Part shown: piece after piece, positions 24,556 to 36,999 of the stretch | Layout: each line of letters starts with the position of its first letter | How positions within the stretch are numbered: the first letter of the stretch is position 1 | DNA from: Sphyrna mokarran | Taxonomy: Eukaryota | DNA length: 64,000 nt | Direction: 5' to 3' | NCBI GenBank assembly: GCA_024679065.1 | Contig: JAGIQG010000017.1 | Span: forward strand, 50,220,001 to 50,284,000 | Notes under the pieces: generated by a model | Told to the model about the DNA's origin: nothing | Database searches by the model: none | What the model saw: only the letters and a program-made list of their open reading frames with translations | Position numbers and translations under genes: made by a program

Positions 24556-25355
24556 ATGTTAGACAAAGGAAATACCGAAAGCTTTTAAAAATTGCGATGA
24601 TATTCTGGTGCTCTCAGGGTTAAGGAGCATTAGGAATTGTAATAATCATCTCCAAATCCGCCTGATTTAACAGGAAGCCTGGTTCAGACACCCATGCACC
24701 GAACCCAGGCAGACAGAGAACAAACACGAAGGGCGAATTTTCCTGTCTTTCCACCTTTGTCTCCCATTATCATTAACCCCCGATGCACAGCCTGTGCCCT
24801 GTATCATACACCAATAGATAATGCTCTCAAACATCATTCTGACCGGGAAATGGGAGCGCCCCTCACAGATATTCCCATCAAACAGCTTCAGTCTGAACAC
24901 TCCCTTTAAGCATCATGAGCGAGGAAAACGAATCGTTCCTCCAATTCTGGTCCACTTTTCTCCTATCTGTGAGTCTAACAATCATACCGATTTCCCCAAT
25001 ATCAACATGAATCGCGCACACTTAAAAGAACAGAGAAATGCCAAGAAGGAAAAGCACTAACAACATGTGGAGCCTTTATAACACTGTTGCTCCTAGCCAA
25101 TTCGCTCGCTAGCTGGGGATTTTAGCCTGATCTTCAATGTTGGATACAAATGCTATTGAAGTCTCATTCCACAGCCTGACACAAAACACACCCAGCAGTA
25201 CCAAGCGGAAACACAACCAGCTCCCATTCTAGCAAGTTCTTTCTTCTCTATTCCAATTGTACTGTCTCCTGGAAGCAGGAAACTTTGTTTTATGGACTAT
25301 TTAAGCAGCAATAAACAGACAAATGTATTGGAAAATAAAATACTCATTCCTTTAC

Positions 25356-25396
25356 CTTTTTGCCCCTCTTCTTCCTATGAGCTGTTTTTGAACCAT
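25356..25396 (-). CDS. Candidate short first coding exon, MVQKQLIGRRGAK + AG (phase 2)
   Basis: Strong Kozak context aaaATGG and donor AAG|gtaaag inside a ~3.5-kb repeat-poor island; protein not recognised. Confidence 0.25.
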
Positions 25397-26444
25397 TTTT
25401 CTTTGGTTCCTCACTCATTGTGTTTTTTTTAAATGTTTATCAAATAAAAGACAGCACTCCAATTATTCCGACATCCAGGGCTGTTTGCATATCAGCGAGA
25501 TCCCATCAAAGGTTCAATCCATGTGGCGATGTCTCAGAGACAGGTACAATGCATGAATGCTGGTTAAACACAAGTCCAGTCCAACTGGTGCAGCTAGTCC
25601 AGGTCTCAGCCTTATCTCTTCCAGTATGCTCCAAATTCAAATTTATTCCCCCATTTTCCAAGAGACAGAGAGAAAAAAAAATCAATATCTTCTTATTATG
25701 CTACTTGTACCTTTCTTATCTCTCCAATTCTCCTTAAATACCCACAGTGGAATTGAACTGGAGACTGATGAAGAGCTCTTTCTCTCTCCCCAGTCAATGA
25801 ATTTCCCCTATCTACAGCCAAGAGCAGAGAAAATAATAATAATATTCCGCTGCAATTTGCTCGCCTCGCCACTAGGTAGGGTCTAACCAAAACACAGGTT
25901 AAAGCTCTGGCAGGAATGACTGGTCTGAGATCGGGTTCCACTCATCTCCTGGGAGGCCACTCCCATCTGTGCGTATGAGCCGAGGAGCAATAGCAAGCAT
26001 TAAATGTAATCCAAAAACACAGGAAGGGAAATATTGTTCGAAAACTCGATTTAAAAAGGTGCCTTTTAAAAAAATCAAACATGCCTCAAGACTTTGGACA
26101 TTACACAGAGCAGACAGAAGACTAATAAACACAAGTTATTTCAGTGTAAGCCTGAATTGGACTATATTTCAACCTAATCATACTAAACCAACGCCATCAG
26201 CTAATGTGTTCCAGTAAATCGATACAAGCAATTAACCATTTAATACTGTAAAAGCAGAAACTACTCTGCTGATGCATATTGAACCACTTGTCATCAATAC
26301 TTGTCCACCATCTGCCTGTATTCATATACAAATCATCAAGAACTAGTTTTTTTTAAAGAAAGATCCCTTCAAATTCCTAGCTGGATAGAGCAGCAGTCTG
26401 GTTAGCAAATAGCACTCTCTTGGATATTTGCTGCCAGTCGGTTT

Positions 26445-26665
26445 AAAGTTCACTTATTAGCATCACAAGTAGACTTACGTTATTACAGTAATGAAGTTAC
26501 TGTGAGAATCCCCTGAGTCGCCACACTTCAGCATCTGGGTACACTGAGGGTACACAGGTACTGATGGGTGAATTTAGCGTGGCTAATGCACCTAACTAGC
26601 ACATCTTTTGGACTGTGGGAGGAAACTGGGACACCCAGAGGAAACCCAAGCAGACACGGGGAGAC
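26445..26665 (-). mobile_element. V-SINE family B (5'-truncated)
   Basis: Tail and V domain on the reverse strand; short internal duplication gggtacac. Confidence 0.8.
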
Positions 26666-27227
26666 CCACCTCAAAAAGTGATCTATGCATCTACTTTTCC
26701 GTATCTCATCTTTTAAGTAAAGATACATCTTATAATCAGCTACAGGGATTGTAAAATATAGATCATTTCAGATACCTGGAGGACATCGCCTGTTGCACGT
26801 TAACATGAAGGATGCTGCATAACACCACTGCCTGTTCGACAGCTCACAGTGTGCATTTCATGGCTACATTTCATTCTGATGGAACACAGCAAGTCAAATC
26901 TACAAATAACATTCTGGGGGCGAGGCTTTGGAGCAAATAGTTCACGTGAAATGTAGTAAGGAAATGAAGGTTTTGTAACAAAATAAATATCATTTGAATG
27001 CACAGCCCAGTTTGGAGGTCAAATCATGTATCCCCTTTTGACAATTCTTATATTCCTAAGGCAAATGATGCACTTAATTATTCTTGAAAAGAGGCTCGTA
27101 CAAACAGGTAAAGATACCCAAAATTCAGATTTCAGACTCCTGGGTGTTATTCTCAGTGTTCATGGCATTACCTCATTTTCTGACAATTGAACAATCTTAA
27201 TAGCAATGACTATTATTAAGTGGTTAC

Positions 27228-27645
27228 TGAGTGACACAGTGGTTAGCACTACTGCCTCACAGCACCAGTGAACTGGGATCGATTCCCGGTTTGGGTCACT
27301 GTCTGTGTGAGGTTTGCACATTCTCCCTGTCTCTGCGAGGGCTTCCTCTGGGTGCTCTGGTTTCCTCCCACAATCCAAAGATGTGTGGGTTAGGTGGATT
27401 GGCCATGCTAAATTGACACTTAGGGCAGGATTTTATGGCTTCACTTGGGCAAGGTCACAAAATCCCACTCACGGCCAATGGAAATTTCCATTCTGGGAAT
27501 CTCGCTTACCCGATTCCGGTAGGGTTAGTGTCAGGGAGATTAGCAGGATAAGTGCATGGGACTATGGGGGCTGGTTAGGATTGTGATTGGTGCAGACTCA
27601 ATGGGCCAAACGGCCTCCTTTTGCACTGTAGGGATTCTACGATTC
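27228..27645 (+). mobile_element. HE1-type V-SINE interrupted by a MITE-like insert
   Basis: Head and V domain to 27423, tail resumes at ~27525. Confidence 0.85.
27424..27524 (+). mobile_element. ~120-bp MITE-like family (GGCAGGATTTTA... terminus)
   Basis: Similar to 40976-41099; ttag duplicated on both sides. Confidence 0.6.
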
Positions 27646-28524
27646 CACGTGCTGACGTTTTATCTGCTTCGTTATTTATTCACATACTTGTGGACCAGGG
27701 ACTCAGCTTAAACTATGGGAAATTTTAGTTCACTTTTCTAAAACATTAAGTACAGTGTTATTTTCCTGACTCATTTTTGAAGCAAACATTTGCAATTATG
27801 TAGCTTTGAATTCTGACTTCTTAAATTTTCCTCTGACCTGACCAGATGTTGCCGAAAATTTATCTGTCAGAAAATTCAAATCTTAATTTGTTGCAGCTTC
27901 TGTGGTTTGTTAACTAATTCCTTTACCACAAGAAAAAATAAATATTACAAGAATAATCTATTGCTGTTCCATTTATTAGAGCCAACCCATTCTAAAAGAT
28001 GAGGCAACCAGATGAATAAACAACTAAAAGAACATTTCTAACACATCAATACAGACACCTGAAACAATTCCCCAGAGGGTAAGTGGGGGAGAGTGGGAGG
28101 GGAAAGTGTATTAACTGCACTCAATACTCACTGGTTTGGGAAGAATGGATGAGTAAGACGATTAATCTCTCATTCCAACACAAGGAGGTCAACAGTTCAG
28201 CTTTATAATTTACAGTGAAGAAATCTGCCATATTTTACATGATGATGCTATTAATACTGATTGCTAATGCACCTAGAAGCTTCAATCTTCCGATTGAATA
28301 CCTCCTGAACAAGCCAAATAAAATTTGCCAACTTTTTCTGCATCCAAAGACTATGCATCAGTCACTCCAGCTGATGATTTAGACAAGGATACACACGGCT
28401 CCGCTCTGCCGTATGAAGCGAACACAATTGATTTGAAGTGACCTTGTGCTATCCATGCAAATCATTCTACTCACATCCTTTGTGAAAACATTTACTTTTC
28501 CTCTTCTATTAGTTAACACACTTG

Positions 28525-28790
28525 GTGACATGTTCACCTCTGATCCAGAATGTTGTGGGTTGAAGAGCCCCTCTGAATTTGAGCAGTAATTTAAGGCATC
28601 AATTCATTTATTTACTAAGGGGATTTTGTGCTGTTAGAAGGCCACCTTACTCATGAGAGGTTAACCAGAGGGCTGGTTGGTGTGCCTACTTAAGAGCACA
28701 TGAAAGGGCACTTTTTGAAGATGAGCTGGGCAATTGTAATCCAGTCATTCAGTTGCTGGTTGTGGCTCCTTAAAGTAAGTACTATCAACC
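28525..28790 (+). mobile_element. Degenerate DeuSINE-like element
   Basis: cacctctgatccagaatgttgtgggttgaag head, atgagaggttaaccagagg body. Confidence 0.45.
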
Positions 28791-28957
28791 ACATCATCCT
28801 CTCCCGCTGCCTCTCAAACCCAGCACAACTAGTTTCATTTAGTTATGCATTTACCTATCATAATCATTAGATTAGATATATATGCACAGAAACAGGCTGT
28901 TTGGCCCTCCCAGCCCATGGTCATGTTTATGTATCATGTCTTTTTAGATCTAAATCG

Positions 28958-29192
28958 AGGGGGGTGGCACAGTGGTTAGCGCTGCTGCCTCACTGCGCCA
29001 GGGACTCTATCCTCAGTTTGGGTCACTGCATGTACGGAGTTTGTGCATTCTCCCCATGTCTGCGTGGGTTTCCTCTGGGTGCTTCAGTTCCGTTCCACAG
29101 TCTGAAAGACGTGCTGGTTAGATGCATTGGCTGTGTAAATTTTCCCTCCGTGTATCCAAAAGGTAGCGACTAGGGGGATTTTCATGTAACTT
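28958..29192 (+). mobile_element. V-SINE family B split by a CR1 insertion (remainder at 30422-30468)
   Basis: Tail breaks at ..ggattttcatgtaactt and resumes cagtgcagtgttattgtaagcctacttgt. Confidence 0.85.
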
Positions 29193-30421
29193 ATCCTGAT
29201 AAATGTGAGGTGATGCATTTCGGGAGAAAGAATGTAGTGGGGAGGTATATGATAAAGGGTAGACCTATTAAGAGTATAGAAACGCAAAGGGACCTGGGGA
29301 TGCAGGTGAACAAGTCTCTGAAGGTGGCAGAGCAAGTGGAGAAGGTTGTGAAGAAAGCATATAGTATGCCAGCCTTTATAGGAAGGGGTATAGAGTACAA
29401 GAGCTGGCCTTTAATGTTGCAGTTGTATAAACATTGGTTAGACCTCATTTGGAATACTGCATCCAGTTCTGGTCGCCTTACTACCGGAAGGACGTGGGGA
29501 CTCTGGAGAGAGTGCAGAGGAGGTTTACCAGGATGCTGCCTGGTATGGAAGGTCTGAGTTACGAGGAGAGGTTAGGCAAATTGGGACTGTTTTCCTTAGA
29601 AAGACATAGACTTAGAGGAGATCTAATAGAGTGTACAAGATTATGAGGGGTATAGATAGAGTAAACAGGGTTAAGCTTTTTCCTAGGATGGACTCAAATA
29701 GCACGAGGGGTCACGGGTTTAGGGTGAGGGGGGTAAGGTATAATTTGGATGCTAGAGGGAGTTTTTTCACACACAGGGTGGTGGGGGTATGGAATGCGCT
29801 GCCAAGTAAAGTGGTGGAGGCAGGTACTCTGGAGTTATTTAAGAAATACTTAGATGGGTACATGAACAGAATGGGAATGGAGGGGGATAGAAAACTGATT
29901 TAAAATAGGGATCATGAGCCTTGGGAGTCCCTGGGAAGTGTGTAAATAGATGATGATATTGATGTGCTTGTTTTTATCCTACAGGTGCTTTGGTCCACCT
30001 TGTTGTCTAACGAGGGGGCATACACTCGATGGGTCGTGAGAGGTCTGCTCTTGGATCTTTTGAGAGTATCCTACTGCTTCACGTTGTTAGCATATGCTTG
30101 ACCTGGACCATCTGATGGGCAACACGACAGCTCAGTGACTATCGCTGTGCTGTGCAGATACATGGATTTGGGCCTGTGTCTGTGGGAGTTTGCGCATTCT
30201 CCCCGTGCTTGCGTGGGTTTTCTCCGGGAGCTCCGGTTTCCTCCCACATCTCAAAGATGTGCTCTTAGGCTAATTGGCAAAACAAATTCTCCCTAAATTG
30301 TCTCAAATTTGGTTGTTAATCCATAGATCTATAAACATAGACAGGGATCACGGGTAGAGGTGGGAACATCAGGGTGGCGGCGCAGGCTTGTTGGGCCAAA
30401 GGGCCTGTTTCGTTCTTTGTT
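29193..30421 (+). mobile_element. Young 5'-truncated CR1 with long 3' UTR containing a V domain
   Basis: Frameshifted ORFs 29210-29903 ([33 protein letters not shown]); 3' UTR nearly identical to 57061-57591. Confidence 0.92.
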
Positions 30422-30579
30422 CAGTGCAGTGTTATTGTAAGCCTACTTGTAACATAAATAAATAAATCTAGCATCAAAACTATGTATTCCTTCTCCCTTA
30501 AATACTTAGCCAGCTTCCCTTTAAATGCATCTATACTTTGCTTCAACTATTCTCTGTGGTGGTGAGTTCCTGATACGAA

Positions 30580-31440
30580 TCAGGGCATTGTCCACCATCA
30601 GCTTCTCATCCAAGTTCACATCACAGTAACTCAAGTCTCTGAGGATCTGTGCTTAGCCTCTCAAATCCTGGTTACATAATGAGGTCTGAAGTGCATCATT
30701 TTTCTGATGAATGTTGTCACTATTGAAAGGGAGTCCCTGACTCAGCCTGAGCTGTATTTAGAAACCACGCATCCAAATGACATTTATTTGTTGGAAAACC
30801 TTGATTTTCTTCACATGAGCCACGCACTGCAAAGCCTGGCTGGGATCTCATTTCTGGACTTGACTTGCTGTGTTCCATCAGAAACATGGCTGCAAGATGC
30901 ACTGTATGAACTGCCCACTACAGGCTGTCCCTTGACAGCATCATCTGAAAATACAGGGTCAGATTCCACTTGTAAGCCGACAACACATCCCTACCTCTTC
31001 ACCAACACCACTGCTGCCTCTTGTGCTGTCTGTCCAATCTAGAGTCTTGGATGAGCTGCGATTGAACACTGAGAAAACGGAAGCCATCACAAAAATCAAA
31101 CCATTCCTCACTGATTTCATCTGGTTCCACAAGCCACCATCTCAGGGAGGACAAGACAGTTGCTACAACAGTATCCTCTTTCGTATCCCTTCCATACAAA
31201 GGCTATCTGCCTCTATCTAATAGCACCCAGTGGTAATAACTCCTCAGAAGCCAGCATCCCGTCACCAGACTCCCTTTATTTACAAACTCAATTTCACTCC
31301 TATGAGTGTTTCAGGTACAAAGTCAGAATCCAAAGTGTCAATAACTCTAACACTTCCTGATTGGGCATCATCTCAAGAACCCAACATCAGTGATCTCACT
31401 GAGATCATAGTACCAGTTCTGCTCTTGCTTCAGTCCATCT
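30580..31440 (+). mobile_element. Highly decayed L2-like RT fragment
   Basis: LRLNTEKTEAI resembles the L2 motif L.LN..KTE; otherwise degenerate. Confidence 0.35.
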
Positions 31441-31469
31441 TGCCAACTATATCTTTAATCTAGCATGAA

Positions 31470-31670
31470 ATGGTGCACAGGCAGCTATTGGTCTGATTAT
31501 TCCTGTAATGGTACAACTACCCAGTACATAGCAGTCCCTTCTTCCTCTCCCTATAGTACTGAATTTTATTCCATTCAAGCAGATATCCAATTCCTTTTTG
31601 AATATTACGATTGAATATGTTTCCTTGACTCTTTCTTGCATTGCATTCCAGATAATAACTTTCATTTATA
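31470..31670 (-). mobile_element. Old CR1 3' end
   Basis: ORF remnant VIIWNAMQERVKETYSIVIFKKELD. Confidence 0.65.
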
Positions 31671-31989
31671 TAACATTTCCATGTTTAAAGACTTTCCAAA
31701 AATTTTCATAGAAGTATTAAACAGAATTTGACACCGAGCCCTTAGATCAGATTTCTAAAACCTTGGTCAAAGAGGCAAGTATTTTAAAGAACACTTTAGA
31801 GAGAGAGGCAGAGATGTTAAGGGAGGGAACTGCAAAGTTCAAGGATCTCAGCATTAGAAGGCACAGCCAACAACGTGGAGCAATTCATTTTAGGATTTCT
31901 TTACAGGCCAGGAATGAAGGAGCACAGAGACAGGAGGCTGTTGAGCCAGAGGAAATGACAAAGATGAGGAACATCAAGACATTGATTTC

Positions 31990-32185
31990 TTTCGGGTGCT
32001 CCAGTTTCCTCACACAGCCCATAGATGCGCAGGTTTGGCAGATCGGCCGTGCTAAATTGCCCTTAGTATCAGAAAGGCTAGCTAGGATAAAAACATGAGG
32101 CAATGAGAATAGGACCTGTGTGGGGTTGTGGCTGGTGCAGATTCAATGGGTTGAATGACCTCCTTCTGCACTGTAGGATTCTTTG
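31990..32185 (+). mobile_element. HE1 V-SINE 3' half within a decayed L2 tail
   Basis: gggtgctccagtttcctcacacag..gaatgacctccttctgcactgtagg. Confidence 0.75.
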
Positions 32186-32579
32186 GCCAAGGAAGGATTT
32201 CAAAATAAGAATGAGTTTTCAAATACGCGTCCCTCAGTACTTCCCCACACTGATCTCTGAGCTTGAAATAGGGTATAGGCAGAAAGCAGAAATGTGGCAT
32301 TGAGGTGGAGCATCAGCCATGATCATACTGCGAGGCAGAGCAGATTTGAAGGGGCAAATGGCTTAGTCTTGCTCCTAATTCCTTTGTTTCTAACCGAGGA
32401 TGCATCTAACCTGGACTGATTTTTTTTTAAACTAATGACCGGCCATCTCTTTAAAAAAGTTCTGATTCACTGACACCCCATCCAATATCAGCACTGATTC
32501 TCCTTTATGACGGAATCGGCTGCATCTTCTTGTCGAGTGAAGATGTGAAGAGCTCATTTGTTTATTCAAAAAGGGAGGG

Positions 32580-34060
32580 AGACAAAGCAGGAAACCACAA
32601 ACCAGTTAGCTGAACATCTGCCATGGGGAAAATATGAGAAGCCATTACTAAAGATGTTCCAGTAGGGCGCCTGAAAAAATTCACAGCAATCAGGCAGACT
32701 CAACATTGTTTTAAGAGAAGGAAATCACCAATTTCTCCTTTGAAGGAGAAATGTGAACAAGTGGATATATGGGCAGCACAGTAGTTAGCACTGCTGCTTC
32801 ACAGCTCCAGGGACCAGGGTTTGATTCCCAGTTTGGGTTACTGTCTGTGCACATTCTCCTCATGTCTGCATGGGTTTCCTCCGGGTGCTTCGGTTTCCCT
32901 CCTACAGTCCAAAGATGTGCAGGTTAAGTTGATTGACCATGCTAAAAATTGACTTTAAATATGTAGATTAGCGGGATTAGTGGGTAAAATATGTAGACAT
33001 ATGGGGCTAGAGTCTGGATGGGATTGGGGTCGGTTCAGACTCGATGGCCAAATGGCCTCTTTCTGTACTAGACCGTTTCTATGATATTGTGCTTAGATAT
33101 TTGATAAGGTGCCATATCAAAAGTTATTGTATAAAATTAAAGCTCTTGGTATAGGGGTAACATATTGGCATGGAATGAAGACTTTCCTGTTTGCTGGCCA
33201 AAGAGTTGGCACAAATGGGTCATTTTTTGGCAGTCGGGATGTGACAAGTGGTGTGCCACAGGGATCAGTGCTGGGGGTCTCACTTTGTACAATTTATATG
33301 AATAATTTGGGTGAAGGGACTCATAGTGTGGTTGCTAAATTCGCTGATGACACAAAGATAAGCAGTAAAGTAAATTGCAAAAAGGGATGCAGAGAGGCCA
33401 CAGAGGGATATAGATATGTTAAGTGAGTGGGCCAAATTTTAGCAAATGGGCTATTATGTGAGCAAATGTGAAACTGTCCATTTTGACAGGAAGAATTAAA
33501 AAACTCATTATCTAAATGGTGCAAGATTGCAGGGCTCCAGTATTTCAGAGGGATCCGCGTGTCTGAGTGCATGAATCACAAAAGGCTAATAATATAGATA
33601 CAGTATGTAATTAGAAAATTCATGGAATTGAATACATAAATAGGGAGATTTACCTCAGTGGTACAGGGGATTGGTGAGATCTCATTTGTGTACACCATTG
33701 TGTACAGTATTGATCTCCTTATTTAAGATGTAAATATATTAGAAGCTGTTCAGAGAAGATTTACTGGGCTAATACTGGGGATGGGCAGGTTGTCTTCTTA
33801 TGAGGAAAGGTTAAACAGGTTAGGCGTGTATCCAGTAGTTTTTTTACGAGAGTAAGAAGTGATTTAATTGAAATCTTTAAGACTCTGAGGGACATTGAAA
33901 GGGTGGACGTGAAGAGGAATGTTTCCTCTCGTCAGAGAAGTTAGAACTAGTAGTTGCTCATTTGAGATGGTAATGAGGAGAATTTTTTCTCTGAGGGTCA
34001 TGCGACTTTGAAATTCTCTTCCTTAAAAGGCAGTGGAAGTTCCTAATTTATATGTTCTGG
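32580..34060 (+). mobile_element. Old CR1 ORF2 RT region interrupted by an HE1 SINE
   Basis: ORF 33109-33426 [19 protein letters not shown]; multiple frameshifts. Confidence 0.85.
32771..33085 (+). mobile_element. HE1-type V-SINE
   Basis: Same subtype as 1016-1334. Confidence 0.88.
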
Positions 34061-34369
34061 GTTCAACCTTAGCCTTCCTCTGACCATTTCTGCATGACAG
34101 AAATGTCAAAATGTCTTTAAAAAGACATTTGGATCCTTGGTTACATTAGTCAGAAATCTATTTTCATGTTGTGACTTTTATTCCCTTTCAGATCTCCTCT
34201 GTACTTTTTATATTTAACTTGGCGCTCTGTTGTATTACAAAGATTACCATCATCATTAATCTTTTTTTCTATCTGATTTTAATCTTTGCATCTGCAGTCA
34301 TAAACAAAGAACAAACTTTGAGATGCAGTTCCTTCTCCCTCTCAGAAACGTGTCTGCTCTGGACCAGAT

Positions 34370-35632
34370 CATAGAACATAGAACACTACAGCACAAACAG
34401 GCCCTTCGGCCCACAAGTTGTGCCGAACACATCAAAACCTACCCAGCCATAGACCTATCTATAACCCCCAATCCCATTGGATCCCATATACTCATCCAGA
34501 AGTCTTTTAAAAGACCCCAGCGAGGTCGCCTCGACCACCACCGACGGCAGCCGATTCCATTCACTCACCACCCTCTGAGTGAAAAACTTTCCCCTAGCAT
34601 CCCCTCTGTACTTGCTTCCCTGCACCTTTAATCTGTGCCCTCTCGTCGCGACCATTTCAGCCCTGGGAAATAGTCTCTGAGAGTCCACCCTATCTATTCC
34701 TCTCAACAGCTTGTAAACCTCTATCAGGTCGCCTCTCAACCTTCGTCTCTCCAGGGAGAACAGCCCCAGCTCCCTCAACCTGTCTTCATAAGGCATGCCT
34801 CCCAATCCAGGCAACATCCTTGTAAATCTCCTCTGCACCCTTTCAATAGCTTTCACGTCCTTCCTATAGTGAGGCGACCAGAACTGCGCACAGTACTCCA
34901 AGTGTGGTCTGACAAGGGTCCTATAAAGCTGCAGCATTACCTCCTGACTCGTGAACTCAATCCCTCGATGAATGAAGGCCAGTACACCGTAAGCTTTCTT
35001 AACCACATCCTCCACCTGGGAGGCCGATTTGAGAGTCTTATGGACCCGGACCCCAAGATCCCTTTGCTCTTCCACACAGCTAAGACTCCTACCTTTGATA
35101 GTGTACTCATTCATCCCGTTGGATCTGCCAAAATGGACCAAAACACATTTATCCGCGTTGAAGTCCATCTGCCACTTCTCCGCCCAGTCTTGCATCCGGT
35201 CGATGTCCTGCTGCAACTTTTGACATCCCTCCAGACCATCCACAACACCACCGACCTTCGTGTCATCGGCGAACTTACTCACCCATCCCTCCACTTCCTC
35301 ATCAGGTCATTTATGAAAATGACAAACAGCAAGGGTCCTAGAACAGATCCCTGGGGTACTCCACTGGTGACTGACCTCCATGCAGAAAAAGAGCCATCCA
35401 CAACCACCCTCTGCCTTCTGCAGGCAAGCCAGTTCTGGATCCACAAGGCCAAAGCCCCTTGGATCCCAGGGCCTCTCACCTTCTCAAGAAGTCTTGCATG
35501 TGGGACCTTGTCAAATGCCTTGTTGAAGTCCATGTACACCACATCCACTGCTCTTCCTTCGTCAATGTGTTCAGTCACATTTTCGAAGAACTCAATTAAG
35601 CTTGTAAGGCACGACCTGCCTTTTACAAAACC
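34370..35632 (-). mobile_element. Young 5'-truncated CR1 (RT domain, one frameshift near 35300)
   Basis: ORFs 35279-35578 ([21 protein letters not shown]) and 34455-35294 ([14 protein letters not shown]); (atagaac)n tail; many CpGs retained. Confidence 0.95.
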
Positions 35633-36044
35633 TAATCATCCCCTCCATTGTTCAGCTATTGATTCTGCTTGTGAATTTTTGCATTCCAACTGATTTAGGC
35701 CTGGTCTCCATTTCGACTCCCTGAAGTTAGTCCTTTACCAGTTAAATATTTTTACACTTGCCCTTTTCCAAAGACATTCTCGACCTGCTCATTTTGTCAC
35801 TGTTTCCCAATGACTGCTCCCTCAGCCCACCCTGAAACTTGCTCAATTACTTCATTTCCCAGAAGGGGTTCCTTTCTCATTCAAAACACACTGATCTCTT
35901 GTACACATTTCAGGGATTCTTCTCTGTGTCCTTCACACAGTTGCTAACCCCAATCTATCCGAGGATAATTAAACTAAGGGAGAGGTGTTGGTATTGTGGT
36001 AATGTCACTGAATTTGGGAAGCTGAAACCCAGATTAATGCATTA

Positions 36045-36535
36045 TGCTTTATGCTCGTCTAAAATGCTGTTGCCCATTTCCTAACAAGTACCAAGTACTG
36101 CTCAACAAACACTCCTGTCTTGACTTATCCCCATTAGCTGATAGCTCCACAATCCTCCACCTAAAATTCTCAGCCATATTTGAATTCCCCCCATTTGCCT
36201 CACCCCTCCCTGTCTCACCTCCCTCAGCACTGCAACCCCTTCCATCCAACACTCAGCATTCTGCTGATTTGAGATTGTTGGTGTGCATTGTTCCCTCTCT
36301 TCGTCAATGGTCGTGCTTACTGCCACCCAACAGCTATTGGCCATCCCACATAAAACCATTGTGTCTCAGCCGCTCCTTCTCCTCCACAAAGACACATCCC
36401 GTTCCCTTAAAAACCGACCCCAAGATTTCCATTCGTTCTGATATTTCCTTTTTTGTCTCTGGATCATTTTGTCTCATTACGCTTTCTGCGAATGTGTTGG
36501 GACTTGATTTTAAATATTAGTGGCACTATGTGAAT
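36045..36535 (+). mobile_element. Old L2 3' fragment (preceded by a SINE family C head at ~35982-36045)
   Basis: Pyrimidine-rich L2 tail pattern similar to 7720-8030. Confidence 0.5.
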
Positions 36536-36999
36536 TGGCTGACCTCATCCCCCAACAAAACAATAACTTCAAAAAATAATCCTGAGGTTACAAAGTGCTT
36601 TGGACAATCTTGCTAATATAATACGGTGCATTCCAAGAACAAACTCTAAACCATTTATGAACCGACTGGTTTTCCAGTTAGAGGTTGCGACAAAGGAGAA
36701 TTGAGGACAGGGAACCTCTTTATTACAGGGTTCAATAGAACTTCATCTACACTGCAACTCCAGCCTGTTGTTTCTTTTCATTAATTTCACAATATAAAAT
36801 TACTTGCTCACATTTTAATTTCTAGAAGCTGTATTCAAATGTCAATAGCTCTCCATTTCCTGCAAAACCACTTGCTGGATCAAATAATTGTATTTATATC
36901 GCCCGAATAGTACATGGTCAAGGCAAATGAAATGTAAATGGAGACTGGAATCTAAAAAATTCTGATGTACACAAGGGTTCTTTAGTACTTCAGGATTCT

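Noticed and set aside
13813-25396. Assigning a gene symbol to the candidate exons
   Set aside because: Peptides are too short and I do not recognise them; no unambiguous coding exon is present in the window
34370-35632. Active reverse transcriptase gene or retron-like system
   Set aside because: 5'-truncated, frameshifted, lacks endonuclease and ORF1, and has an ordinary CR1 tail
34869-35693. 274-aa plus-strand ORF as a novel gene
   Set aside because: It is the antisense shadow of the CR1 RT coding strand; the same applies to 58097-58641
36044-36520. 158-aa ORF
   Set aside because: Lies within a decayed, pyrimidine-rich L2 tail; low-complexity S/P/L composition
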